A stretch of DNA of 64,000 nucleotides from Psilocybe cubensis (lineage: Eukaryota). The translations under genes were made by a program, and so were the position numbers. Every line of letters begins with the position of its first letter. Position 1 is the first letter of the stretch. Below are positions 13,367-25,119 of this stretch, piece after piece. The notes beneath the pieces were generated by a model that saw only the letters and a list, made by a program, of their open reading frames with translations, was not told the DNA's origin and did no database searches. The stretch lies in assembly GCA_017499595.2 (NCBI GenBank), contig CM039003.1, forward strand, positions 2,418,001 through 2,482,000, written 5' to 3'.

Positions 13367-15204
13367 TCATACTGCACTGTTATTAGGTTTTTCCTGACTA
13401 TTTAATCTCGCTGAGGTTTCACTTCGCGATCGTCGCCTCAAGCGTTGTTTGTCTTTCATGACATCTTGTTCTGTAGATATAAAAATCCGGCCTGTCACGA
13501 AAGCAGTGATGGTCAGGATGAACAGAAGCGTCCACACGGCTAGCAGCGCAATGGCTAGTACTTTGTGCAGAGTGTGAAAGCCAGCGATATCGAAGATATC
13601 TCCCAATAAGCGCAGTGTGGCAATCCAACCGACTATCGTGATGGAAAGATTTCAGTCAAAAGTTTCTAGCGATAATGAATCGACCCACCGTTCGGGAAAG
13701 TGACGGCCCAACAGCTCAGGATGTCTTTAAGGCCAAGGCGTTTATATACCTTAAAGCCGTACGGAAGGGCACCAAATATGAAGAAAAACACAGCAAGTCC
13801 GAATAATAAGACGCTGCAAAGTACGCTGGATGCATACCAAATGTCTCCAGCGCCGGAAGAAACCAAGTTATTGTGCGGTAATCTGTAGTTAGTGAAGTTA
13901 GAATGGTTTTTCATTAATTTTATTTTGCAGCTTACAAAAACTGTGCTTCTTTTCCAAGATTGATTAAAGCCAGAGCGGTAAACCCAGGTGGGCCACAAAC
14001 AATGAAGGCAGAATTTGCTTGGTGTCCTTCGAGAAAGCCAGTCTGTTTGAAACGAGGTTAGTATACTCTGCCACTGATGATCAAAATCATGCTGACCATT
14101 ATGAGTCGAATGATGTAAATGCAGATATAAAAGAAGGTCATGAAAAAGCCAAGGCCTATTTAGAACTGCATAAGTTCAGAGAATACTTTAAGAACAAAGA
14201 AACCGAACCTTGAAAAAAGTAGCCAGTAAGAAGGACGCCGAGACATCTGCGGTCATCAAGATCCAGAACGGTAAGTACTGAGGCAGCGACTACGCCTGTT
14301 AGCATGAGAGGAAATATCTGGTTATTTATCGCCATCATAAGTGGTCAATGTACAAATATAAAGAATGTCCTACATACCAGAAATGCATATCCCGGAGTGA
14401 ACGCCGTAAGTTCATGAGAATGGTTGAACCATATCATCAGCATTACAAAGGATGTTATAAGGGAAAATGCGACATAAAGCCTATGTAGCACAATTAGACA
14501 ATATTTATATTTCAAAGGAACGAAGGGATACCAAAACAATGCGTATGTGAAGTTTAAGCTGACATGACCCAATGGCACTGCATAATTGACGGTACCAATG
14601 ACAATCGTCGCGAAGGACAGTACCTGTAGTTTAGTTTGAATGGTTATAGGCCACAATGTAACAGGCAAGATTTGGTCACTCACAATCAAGGGAACGAAAA
14701 TACTGGCGACTGGGTCTGTGAATGAACGCCAAGCCCTCTTAGGATAAACTGCAGTATGAATGCGAGTTAACCGCAGAATTTTGAGATTTGCAATGGAAAA
14801 CGTACGAATTGCTTGAAGGATCAATGTGAGCGTATTCAAAATGAACAATGCCATATTCATGAAGAAGAATCCGACTTCAATGCGATGTAGGGCTATGGGA
14901 CGGTCCTTGATTCCGGAAAAAACTAGGTATACGGCACTAGTTCCCATGCCTATAGGAAACTGCAAAACTGTAAATCAACCAAGCATAGATACAAATGGTG
15001 TTTGTGACTTACCGATTGCCAGGACCAACCATGAATTCGACGTCCGAACACCCCAACACGACGAGATCGCTCTGGATCCGAAAAGAGTGGGGTTTCATCG
15101 AGAGTCGCCGAATCGGATGTAGACTGCGTTGAAGCCATGCAGCATTGCTTTGCCTCTGTTGATCTTAAAGATGTGGTGCTGCAACTTTGGGGAGTGGAAG
15201 CCAT
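13367..15204 (-). CDS. SLAC1/TDT family (Mae1/Ssu1-like) dicarboxylate/sulfite transporter
   Basis: RIHGWSWQS|FPIGMGTSAVY, FTPGYAFL|IFPLMLTGVVA, CWAVTFPN; about 10 hydrophobic segments. Confidence 0.88.
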
Positions 15205-15427
15205 TTACTTGACGAAGAAACTGTGATGACCGTGACTGTAAGACATGAAACGATGACGTTGATTTTTTGTGATCGAGCAAATGCCAAAGGGACTGTTCAT
15301 CTTTAAACCTAGTTGAACCCAATACAATTTAATTGCGCCGTTGGCTAACACGACACGATTGTAGTCGTCTCTACACACTGTTTTTACGACTCGATGGTAG
15401 TTCTTGTCTTTCATTTCCACCTTACAT

Positions 15428-16154
15428 TCAAGATTGAGGGGCATTCAACTTGGCGGAAAGTTCTGCGAAGACCTTCTCTAATTCCGGCTTGGGGACAGAC
15501 TTAGCAGGCCATCCAATACCCAGTCCTTCAACTTCGTCCGGCTTTGGGATAACGTGGAAATGAACATGAGGTACCTCCTGCGGCACATTCGACGTATGAG
15601 AAATTGACACTTTCTAACACATTGGACACTACCTCACCTGATGAGCGAGTCGGCCATTGTTCTGAAGGATGTTGTAATCTGCGGCCCCTTGAGCGAGGGC
15701 GATCTTCTTGGCAATTGGTAGGACATCTTGAAGATATTCGTCTGGGAGCTCATGCATTTTCTCAGCGTGATCTGTAAAGCCAGGTTAAGTGATAGATAAC
15801 GATGAAAAAGATAAATTCACATTTCGGGATTACAAGGGCGTGCCCCTTGGAGAGCGGGCCTATGTCTAAGAACGCGAACCTATGGAGGATCATGAACATT
15901 GCACCGTCATCGGGCAACACAAATAGACTGACGATGTTTCGGTCTCGAGTAGCTTGAAGCTTGGGATCTTTCCTGTGGCACAACAATGGATGAGACGTGC
16001 TCCATGCTTACTGCGAGCGCAGCAGTGAACCATGTGTTCTCTTGTGAGTCACCTTCAATGATTTTGCAGAAGAGGCATGAGGCAAGAGATCTAGTAAGAG
16101 GAATTTAATTCCAGAACGTCGAACGATTGTGAAAACGAATTACTTCGTGGCCAT
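15428..16154 (-). CDS. HNT1: HIT-family adenosine 5'-monophosphoramidase (HINT1 ortholog)
   Basis: SCLFCKII, FAFLDIGPLSKGHALVIPK, NILQNNGRLAHQ, histidine triad VPHVHFHVIPKP. Confidence 0.95.
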
Positions 16155-17052
16155 TGTACAAGTTCCGCTTGACAAGATATGAGCGAAGATTACAAACAGA
16201 TCCAAGTTGGGAAGATAGGATGACAGTCTAGCTGATTGCATGGGCGTTCCCCACAGCGTCACGTGTTGTGATAGTTGTATTCGGTGCAGCGGGCCGATTC
16301 AGGGGCTTGCAAGTAGCGGCATGAGAAAATCTCGAGGGGTTGCAAGTTATTGGAAAGAGCTTGAGAAAGCATTTCGTGTAAGAAATATAAAGAAAACGTA
16401 TACGTATCTGGGACATTTACAAAGTATTGGGTGATCCAGCAACGAGATTTTCAGTGCATAATTGCGAGATGTATATACTGTCTTTAAACGACAAAGTAAC
16501 AATGAATGCCATTCTGTTATCATGAAGACTATATAAACAATGTCCTTAGAAGCCTAGGTGAGTGAATAACACGTTGGTAAGTTTCCATAATTTTTGAATG
16601 TGGATGGATACTAGACTAACCGCTACAAATGACCGAAAACTACCTTACCGACCTACTGTGGAAGTGGAACTCCTGGCTCTAGGATCCCATCGCAAGGCCG
16701 CGAAATTTGGATTTCACAACTTACTTCGTGTTTATTGTTTCAACTACTGAAGTGTACTTTTAAATATAGAAAAGCGACTAGGAGACACAAAACAACACCC
16801 ACTACTAGGAAATAAATAGAACAGGGCTTTGATAGTTTTCTATTAATAGTAGGTAATACGGAGAACAAGGCAGATCGATGTTGTCGCCCATTGAAACGAT
16901 GAACGTATACAAGTAGATGCAATAAATAATTAAATACAGTTCAAAGAAACTTAGTGGAAAATATGGCTTCTATAATATTTGTTTGATTCAATTCTTGGGG
17001 TCTGAAGAACTGCTGTCCGCACCGTCTAAAACCTGGCCAGGTCATAATGTGT

Positions 17053-17620
17053 TCAAGTCGACGAATCTGGTTGGATCGTCTCTTTCTTCTTCTTGCCTAT
17101 GCAGAAAAACAATGTCAGTTTGAAATCATATACTCTTAGGCGATATTCAAGTCAAAAATGAAGGTATCACACCTTTAAGAAGAGACTTTAAGATTGATTT
17201 CTTCTCCTTCTTCTTGCGAGTTTGTCCACCAGTGCTAGACCCCGAGTTGGATCCAGAGGCTGAGGACCCTACTGCGCTTTCTGAAGTTCCTCCCGATGCA
17301 TCTGACCGAGGCTGCGATGCGATAGATGAGGACGACTCTGTCGCAAGTGTGACCTCGGAAGACCCTAAGGTCGATGCCAGTGCAGAAGAAGAGGAAGGAG
17401 AGGATCCTGCCACTGAAGAAGGAGTACTATTGGGTAGTTTCTTAGAGGCTTCTTTCTTTGGATTGGGAAGGATTCCTCCAGTTCCATAACGCGATTGAAG
17501 GGCCCCAAAAGCAGCAGAGTAATCTTTCTGAGGGTATTGAGAACGGTGTAAAGGTGTATTAGAACTAACAGTTGTTGTCGATTGAAGCGAAACATTTGAT
17601 TCGTTGGGTTGAGTGTTCAT
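17053..17620 (-). CDS. Small Ser-rich disordered protein with KDYSAAFGALQSRYG motif
   Basis: 157-aa ORF from ATG 17620, one intron, short last exon GKKKKETIQPDSST*. Confidence 0.75.
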
Positions 17621-18715
17621 GTCAGTGTTGTTTGAATATCGTGGTCGTTGGGCACTGGGCTAATGTCTTCAATATGATTTCTGTATCATCCTTTTTATAC
17701 CATATAAAATGTATGAAGAGACCATAGCAGATAGCAATGCCCGTCCTGAGCGAAACGAAAATAGACCCTTTGTCGCGTAGATCTATCCTCATCGCAGCTG
17801 ATATGGTCAAAGAATACACATGGTCTCGCATGGTTGACCTTGGAATGAGTCATATTTGGCAGTTGAAAGGCTGCCCTGAATCTGTGCGCAGCCGTCTAGA
17901 TCGCCGGTGAGTTAGAGGTGGATTCAAAGTGTAAGTGTATTTGTGGTGCTTACCTGTGCTCAAATGTGCCCACTTATGGCAAAGATAGGTGTATCAGACT
18001 CAGAAGTTAATAATACATCTGGTGATTCCCTAACGCACGGCCAACCTTTCGTTTGAGGTAGTTTGAACGGTTGAACCCTTGTGAAATTCGCATCTGTGTC
18101 CCCCTGTAGTCGCATATAGTCCCTCGTTACATGCAATATTTTCAGTTATCATATAGAGTATAGTATAAAAGGCTTCAAGAATGTCGGTGACGTTCCAACG
18201 AACTTTCCGTGCCGTGCTACTGCGTACAGCCGTTGAAAGCCATGTAATATTATTCACTTGTGATGTCCAGAGTCGTCGTATGGGGTGGTATGTCATCCTA
18301 TTTTCCGGATGTATGAAAATCTAGTTAAGCCGGGACATGACTTCTGACTCGACATGTTCGGATTCCGAAAAGCGCAATGAAAGTACTCGCATACTACGTC
18401 GGAGGCAAACCACCGTTAGTGAATGGATTCGAATTGGCTTCTTTGTGGGGTAATGAGTCATTTCTTTAGCTGGTAATCCCATATGGCACAATAAGGGACA
18501 CTGCACCAGATGGAATAGCAGGACAAGAATAGACGTGCAGTTGTCGGAGGCGGGATGGGTTAAGTAGATTGAAAGTTCTTGAGAGTGAACTCGGGGTTAT
18601 ATTTGGCACAACATATCACAACAACCGATCAAATCACCAATGCCTTCCTGATTAGGGTATCACATTTTGTAGAGGGCCCTGCTACAGTCAAAGATTCTCT
18701 CCACTCATCTGTGTC

Positions 18716-20835
18716 ATGAGCCTCCATCTACCTCCCCCAGCCTGTGTTGCTGATATTGTTAACGACTCAGACTCAGACTCGGTATCATCATCCGACAGCG
18801 AGGATGAGAATGATCAGACTTGGGACGACTGGGTATCCGATTCAAACGAACAGCAAGAGACCAAGTCTCTGTTCGACGAAACTGTTTTGCCATCAGTAGA
18901 ACGCGCTTTGGCTTATGATAGTGAAACTCATCATTTCAACTTGGATGATTTCTGCAAAAATCTATGTGAGCATTCGTTTTATTCCATGATGTATCTCCTA
19001 ATTTTTCGTAGCGCTGGATTTTCATGGGCGCGTTCGTCTCATCAACTATATCCGGAAAACTGTAAGATTTCTATCAATTGCTTGTTTGGAGGTTTTAAAG
19101 CATTGCAATAGAAAGCGAGTCCATCCGAGGCTCTAAAATTAGAAGGAAAAGAGCCCTGGTTCCAGTCTGATGAGTATCTAGTGCCCGTCGTGGAAAACGA
19201 CCCTCTCATACGTACGTTTTCATTGTGATAAAAAGCATATTTAGTATCTAACACGTTTTTTAATTTATTCAGAGGCATATGCTCTTGACTGGTCAGACTC
19301 CGACGACGACGCGGATAAGGATCCAATGAAGATGGACCCCAATCAAAAGGTCAAACTCCTTGAAAAAAAACTTGCTCTCGCTCGACAAAGCCTTTTGGAT
19401 TATCGTGCCTTGATAGCTGAAAAGCTTAATATTTCAAAACAAGTTACAAACGTTGAAGACTTGTCTTCCAAATTAGAAGCAATCCCCAAAACTCGTGATG
19501 ATGATACCCATTACTTTGAAAGCTATGGTTCAAATGGTAGGGATCTTTATTTCTTTACTTAACTCTCTCAGAACTTTACGCCTCCACGTATGCAGATATC
19601 CACGCAATTATGATTAACGATAAAGTTAGGACGTCAACATATGCTCATTTCATTTTGACGAATCCAAGCCTGTTCCGGGATGCAATTGTCCTCGATGTTG
19701 GCTGCGGCACGGGCATCCTATCTATGTTTGCCGCGAGAGCGGGAGCGAAACGGGTCATTGCTGTAGATGCCAGCGACATTGCTCTCAAAGCAGAAAAAAA
19801 CGTTATAGCCAATGGGTTCCAGGATGTAATCACCGTCATCCGAGGAAAGGTCGAATCCATTTCTCTCCCTGAAGGCATTGATAAAGTTGATATCATTATT
19901 TCTGAGTGGATGGGATATGCTTTGCTATACGAGTCAATGTTGGACTCTGTTCTTGTGGCCCGTGATCGCTTTTTGAAACCGGAAGGTGTCATGGCTCCAA
20001 GCCAGTGTAAGATGGAGTTTGGTCTTTGTGATGCGAGCGAAATACACAAAGAACGGATAGGGTTCTGGGACGACGTCTATGGTATGTACCTATCATCCCC
20101 ATAACATTCTCATGACTGAAGATAATTTCCAGGATTTGACATGTCGGCGATGGCCACTGACTTGTACGACGAAGCTATTGTCGACGTTGTTGGTCCTGAA
20201 ACCCTCATGAGTGAACCATATACCATTAAGGTAAGTAGTAACCTACAGACTGGGTACATCAATTCACGATATTGATTCTTCAGGACCTCAACATCGGTAC
20301 AATTACCTCTCGAGAACTTGATTTTACCTCAACATTCTCCTTAACCTCCACTGCGCAGAGGCGTACCAAGATAAACTCTTTTATCCTCTACTTTGACACC
20401 TTTTTCACTGCACATGGTGGGCCAGTTCCACCTGACACCCAGGTGAAACTTGTCAAGGAGGGTGAGCCTGTTTTAGCAGAGTTGTGGCCAGTAGGCGGGA
20501 AATCGGCTCTTCAGAGACGTCAGAGCATGGGTAAAGAGAAGGAAAAAATTACTAGCTTCAGCACGGGCCCCCTCAGTGTGCCAACTCATTGGAAGCAAAC
20601 TATCTTCATGCTTCGAGAACCAATCACAGTGACCGAGGGTACGTTCATTTTCCCTCAACAATGGGTGTCGATATTCAAAGTCTATTTATCAGGTTCGATT
20701 GTTATCGGAACTTTCATGTGCAAGAAGAGCACGACTAATTCGAGGGAGATGGACGTCGAAATCCATTATTCAGTTAAACAGGATGCACAATCCTCCCCTG
20801 GCCCTACAACAGTACAGATGTACAAGGTTCGATGA
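18716..20835 (+). CDS. RMT3: Protein arginine N-methyltransferase 3 (ribosomal protein methylase)
   Basis: YFESY, MINDKVRT, VLDVGCGTGILSMF, double-E loop IISEWMGYALLYE, THW loop; acidic N-terminus with degenerate zinc-finger region typical of PRMT3. Confidence 0.92.
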
Positions 20836-22243
20836 TAACGGATATTCAAAACATTTCCAGCTTCGTGGTGATATCGATCTTATCGATGGTGGATATAATA
20901 CAGACACGCCCTCCTCTTTCATCTTGTACCCGTTAAAACACAAAAATGTCAACGCCATAGTTGTGATAACCGGTATCGGAAATTCAAGGTTCCTTTTCCT
21001 CACAAAATTTGATCCACACTGTCGAGTTCATCGGATCCTTGATTGACATCTCGTCTACAATTCTTGATAAAATTGTCGCAAGCCACACATCATATACACT
21101 GGGCGTCCAAATATTCCTATGGACTCGGAGTGAGAGAGGCTATGCAACTCCAGGAGCTCCGTTCTCCAACCAGTGTGTTAGCGGTGTATTCGCAGGTACC
21201 TCTGTACATGTGTGTTGGTCACTGGTGGTGTTTAATGCTTATCAGTTGCTTCCATGCGACTTTTAATCTACTCACATAGCAACTCATGCATCGAGGTATA
21301 CAGGTCATTGACAATGTGGGCTATGTTATATGTATTGCACATGGATGTTCTCCTTTCCATTATGATTTAAATAGAGAATAATTCTCATTCATAATATGAC
21401 ATCGGAATCAACTCTAAAACATAACGGAATCGAATCCGACGAGCTTCAGAGTTCGACTGCTGGATACTATTATGCAGAAGGGTATATGGGAGCAAATCCG
21501 AGGATAGATGTACCATTGTTAAGTGGTTACATATAGGCCTCTTTCAACAAACGTAACATTAGGTCGATTATAAATGGCCACATATACTAGTAAAGGTGTT
21601 GGGAACTAAAACGCTAGACAGTGAGACTCCTCGCGCTAAACCATGATCATTTCCATCTTGATCAAGTCCGGAAGATCAAAGGGGTATGACACTTTCATTT
21701 TTTCTCTGGGTACCTCTGTCAGATATCCCGTGGTGTTTTCACTACTGTTGCGAAGATTGGCTCATGGGTGAGGGTCTTCATTGGAATAAGATATTGACAA
21801 CTGCGGTCAAATAAGAAACTAAGACACATATCGTGCCCCGACAACGGCCAAAGCAAGGCAATCACTGGACCACCGTCTGGAAATAACTCCTGGAACCACC
21901 TGGTTCTTGCGCCCACATTATAGGTAATGTGTCCATCAAAAGTATCCGCCGTTTCGAATGATCAAGGAAGAAAGGCAGACCAGGTCGCCGCTCGTTGTGA
22001 CCTCCTTCATGATAGGCTTCTTGGAGAAGATGTGAGGCACTATCTCAATCTTGCCCGAGTGCTATCCCCTAACTCCGAGTCTATCCCCCCAACCGACATT
22101 GACCATTGGTTAAACCAGAAGTTGCTTGCTGGGCAGCTTTTCTGCGAAGGATTGATTTGAGGGGTTTTCGATAATAGAACGCAGTTTCTTTACAGATTTC
22201 AATCTACAAGTTACAAGGGACGGTCTCCGCAGTTCTGATGATA

Positions 22244-23829
22244 TTAGTGGTTGTATGTGGCTTGTAAGCGTGCCTTGACGTATTCTCCTGCAGTGATGAC
22301 TTCATATTTCGGAGGCCTGTCGATTGATACACAACTTGGCATAGGCTTTACCAGCAAAGTATCACACAATAGAGTTTATACAGGTCACAAAACTGACAAA
22401 AAAACTTACCTCGAGTTTGACGTTATAATCAGTGCCAAAAAATAATGGGATCGAGTATCGACGAACACCGCTTCGATTGATAGCACGATGTACGGTTGAT
22501 TTAAAAATGTCGTCTTGGGAGTTGGTAAGTTTATTTTACCAAGGACAATGAGGGTCAAAGACAGACGTACTCGTCCAGCGCGCAAATTGATCACCAAGGC
22601 TATTTGTCTGATTACTAACAAACTCGCATAGCAACCAAAAAGGACTTACTTGATTACGAGAGTGCCTGGTATTGGAGGCGCATCGACCCATTTCTTCTCA
22701 GAATTAAGGACTTGCAGGGCCTGGATACCATGTTCTTGCCAGAGGATTGTAAAGCACTAAAATAACCAAATCAAAAAAAGTAATACGCATAACATAGCCC
22801 TCATACCTCCCAACTATTTGGATATTGGACTTATTGAAATTTATTAGTTGTTATACATATGCAACTACTCACTCGGTGTGCGCTCCAATACCAATAACGC
22901 GATCATCTACAGGCCCTGTCTGAGGAGGATAGTGTAAAAGCTTCATCAGAGCCGCTGAATGTTGTGTCTGGAAAGAAGATGAATACGTGTATTGGCAAGT
23001 AAATTGTGATATCCACCTTGTCATCAAAGAAAGTATCGGGCAGGTCGAGAGCCATTGCAAACAACGGAAACAGCATTTTGCCAAGTTTTACTGCTTCATG
23101 ACTGTTCAACAATGAGTGAGCTTTCCAATTATAAAACTTAATAGCGCCCTACTAGTAGTGCATTACTCTTGCACGGAATCCTGGAACGTCAGTCTCAGAT
23201 GGCCAGATGTTTGCCCCATGCATGACACCATCAGTGTCGCTATCTTTATCGGCTTCGTCGTTGTTGAAAGCCTCCCAGCCGAATTCAAAGCCTTCTTGCA
23301 TGTCTCCTGCACCATATGGATCGTTGTTCCCACTGAGTAATGGTGAATATCCCTTGAAGTTGGGAGTTTTGCGGTTCTCAATCTGCCGTAGTAAATTATA
23401 ACCATTGTGGTTGTCACAAGTCAAAACAAGTTAAAACCGCGCAACCTGGTAATCTCACCTCCATTTTGGTGTCTATTGGAAGGTCAAAGAACTTCTTTGC
23501 CATTTCAAGGGCATCATGTATCACGACGTCGGGTATCCCATGGTTTTTCACTGTTGTTAGCGTGATATGTTCTTGTTTGTACCATGATACCGAAAGCTTT
23601 GAGCAGGCGAACCATAGAAGAACCCAACCTGTATGCAGGCATCTCGAATTTCGTTTGCCAAGTTTCTGCGTTTTACTATATCGTTGCTTCGGATATCCGT
23701 TAGATCGCTTGTTAGGTCGGAGGAATGACTCAGATATTGAATGATGAATTTTCAGTGCCTTGACACTCACATAATGGGGACAGTCTGAAAGTGCGGATCG
23801 AGGGTATCAGCAGCATTGATTAAGGACAT
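22244..23829 (-). CDS. 2-oxoglutarate/Fe(II)-dependent dioxygenase (DIOX_N, IPNS-like)
   Basis: DACIQVGFFY|VKNHG, NIWPSE, LLHYPP, GIGAHTD|WE|CFTILWQ, VINLGDQ, FKSTVHRAINRSGVRRYSIPLFFG. Confidence 0.93.
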
Positions 23830-25119
23830 TTACGGTTTTGATGTTATAACACAAGGTCTTATTGGAGACAACGACAAAAGTAGAATTAAAGTGAGATGGC
23901 CTGGTTGAACAAAGTTGCAGTTAGTGGAAGGGAATGATTAAGATAGGGGCGAAGTCACGCCCTTTCATTCTATGTCCGACGTGGCCGAGCGATTAAGAGG
24001 CAACGGAGCCCTTCAATAAAGGCCATGGCCTACGCGTGCTGCCAGCCTTAGAAAAGTTATGTCATATTTTTTGAATGGTTAGGTGACTGTCTTTCGAGCC
24101 GTTAGATGCCTTAATTGATCTGACAATTCATGCGAGCTAATACTATTAATTGGGAGAACAACGTTGATATGATAACAAGGACCTATCATCACTAGGCTTT
24201 AAACAGACCAGCACTCAGATGCAGCCACTATCTCAAAGTAGAGGACATTCGGATAGTCTTGCGTGAACGAACTCATTGGAATCGATTTAGGGCATCGTAT
24301 TGGACCTAGTCGATCCTAAAAGTATTCGAACCTGCATCCGTTAACCCTTGAGGAGGTTTAAAGCGCTCGAGTGTCCATGTTTGAGCTGTGTATCCATATG
24401 GCGAAGAAAGGAGTCAATGAGAAACTTACGATGACCGCGCAGTAATATCAGTTGGTCGATAGACCGTGTACGCAGACTTTACCTGATCAGACAATTCATG
24501 AAGGCAAGGGGTATATCGTGAGCCATTCAGATTTATCGATTTATCTTTCATGAAATAGAGAATGAAACCAATATCTAGAAACGAGGCCCATGGTTGACAT
24601 TCTCATTAGTTCCTATTAACGAGGAGCCAACAGGTTGCGTTTCTGGCATTGCGTTTCCATGGATTGTGTGATCGATGGCGCTAACAAAAGACTAGTTCGA
24701 GTGCCACGATGATAAGCCGTCCTGATGAACGAGTTGTCCACGAAACTGGCAAAGAGGCCACAGCAGAAGGTGAACAAACAAATAGGAAGACTCGGAAGCA
24801 ACGGTCATGAATCGTGATGCTTCGGCTATCATTCATTGACGCGTCGACGGTACGAGCACGTGACCAACTCATACCGAGAAAAAAGTAATCGCTTTATTTG
24901 ATTCATCTTTTTATTCTAGTTCTTTATCCTGATCCCTTGCTCTAATCAGCAAAGGCTTTTTACGACTTTCCAATCCTTTCAAAACATATCAGATATATAC
25001 CACACGCTTTAAATAAAGGTACATATTCTCTGTTGTTCTTCTCCAAATCGTCGAGTTGCATGCCTCTTGCATGCCGCAATTTTTTGAACCATCACAATCT
25101 AACTTTGAACTTGCTAGGA

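Noticed and set aside
21927..22200. Protein-like plus-strand fragment (LLGEDVRHYLNLARVL)
   Set aside because: No ATG or splice model, interrupted by a stop; too weak to call.
23973..24020. GTCCGACGTGGCCGAGCGATTAAG resembling a tRNA-Ser/Leu 5' half
   Set aside because: No T-arm (GTTCRA) or complementary acceptor stem downstream.
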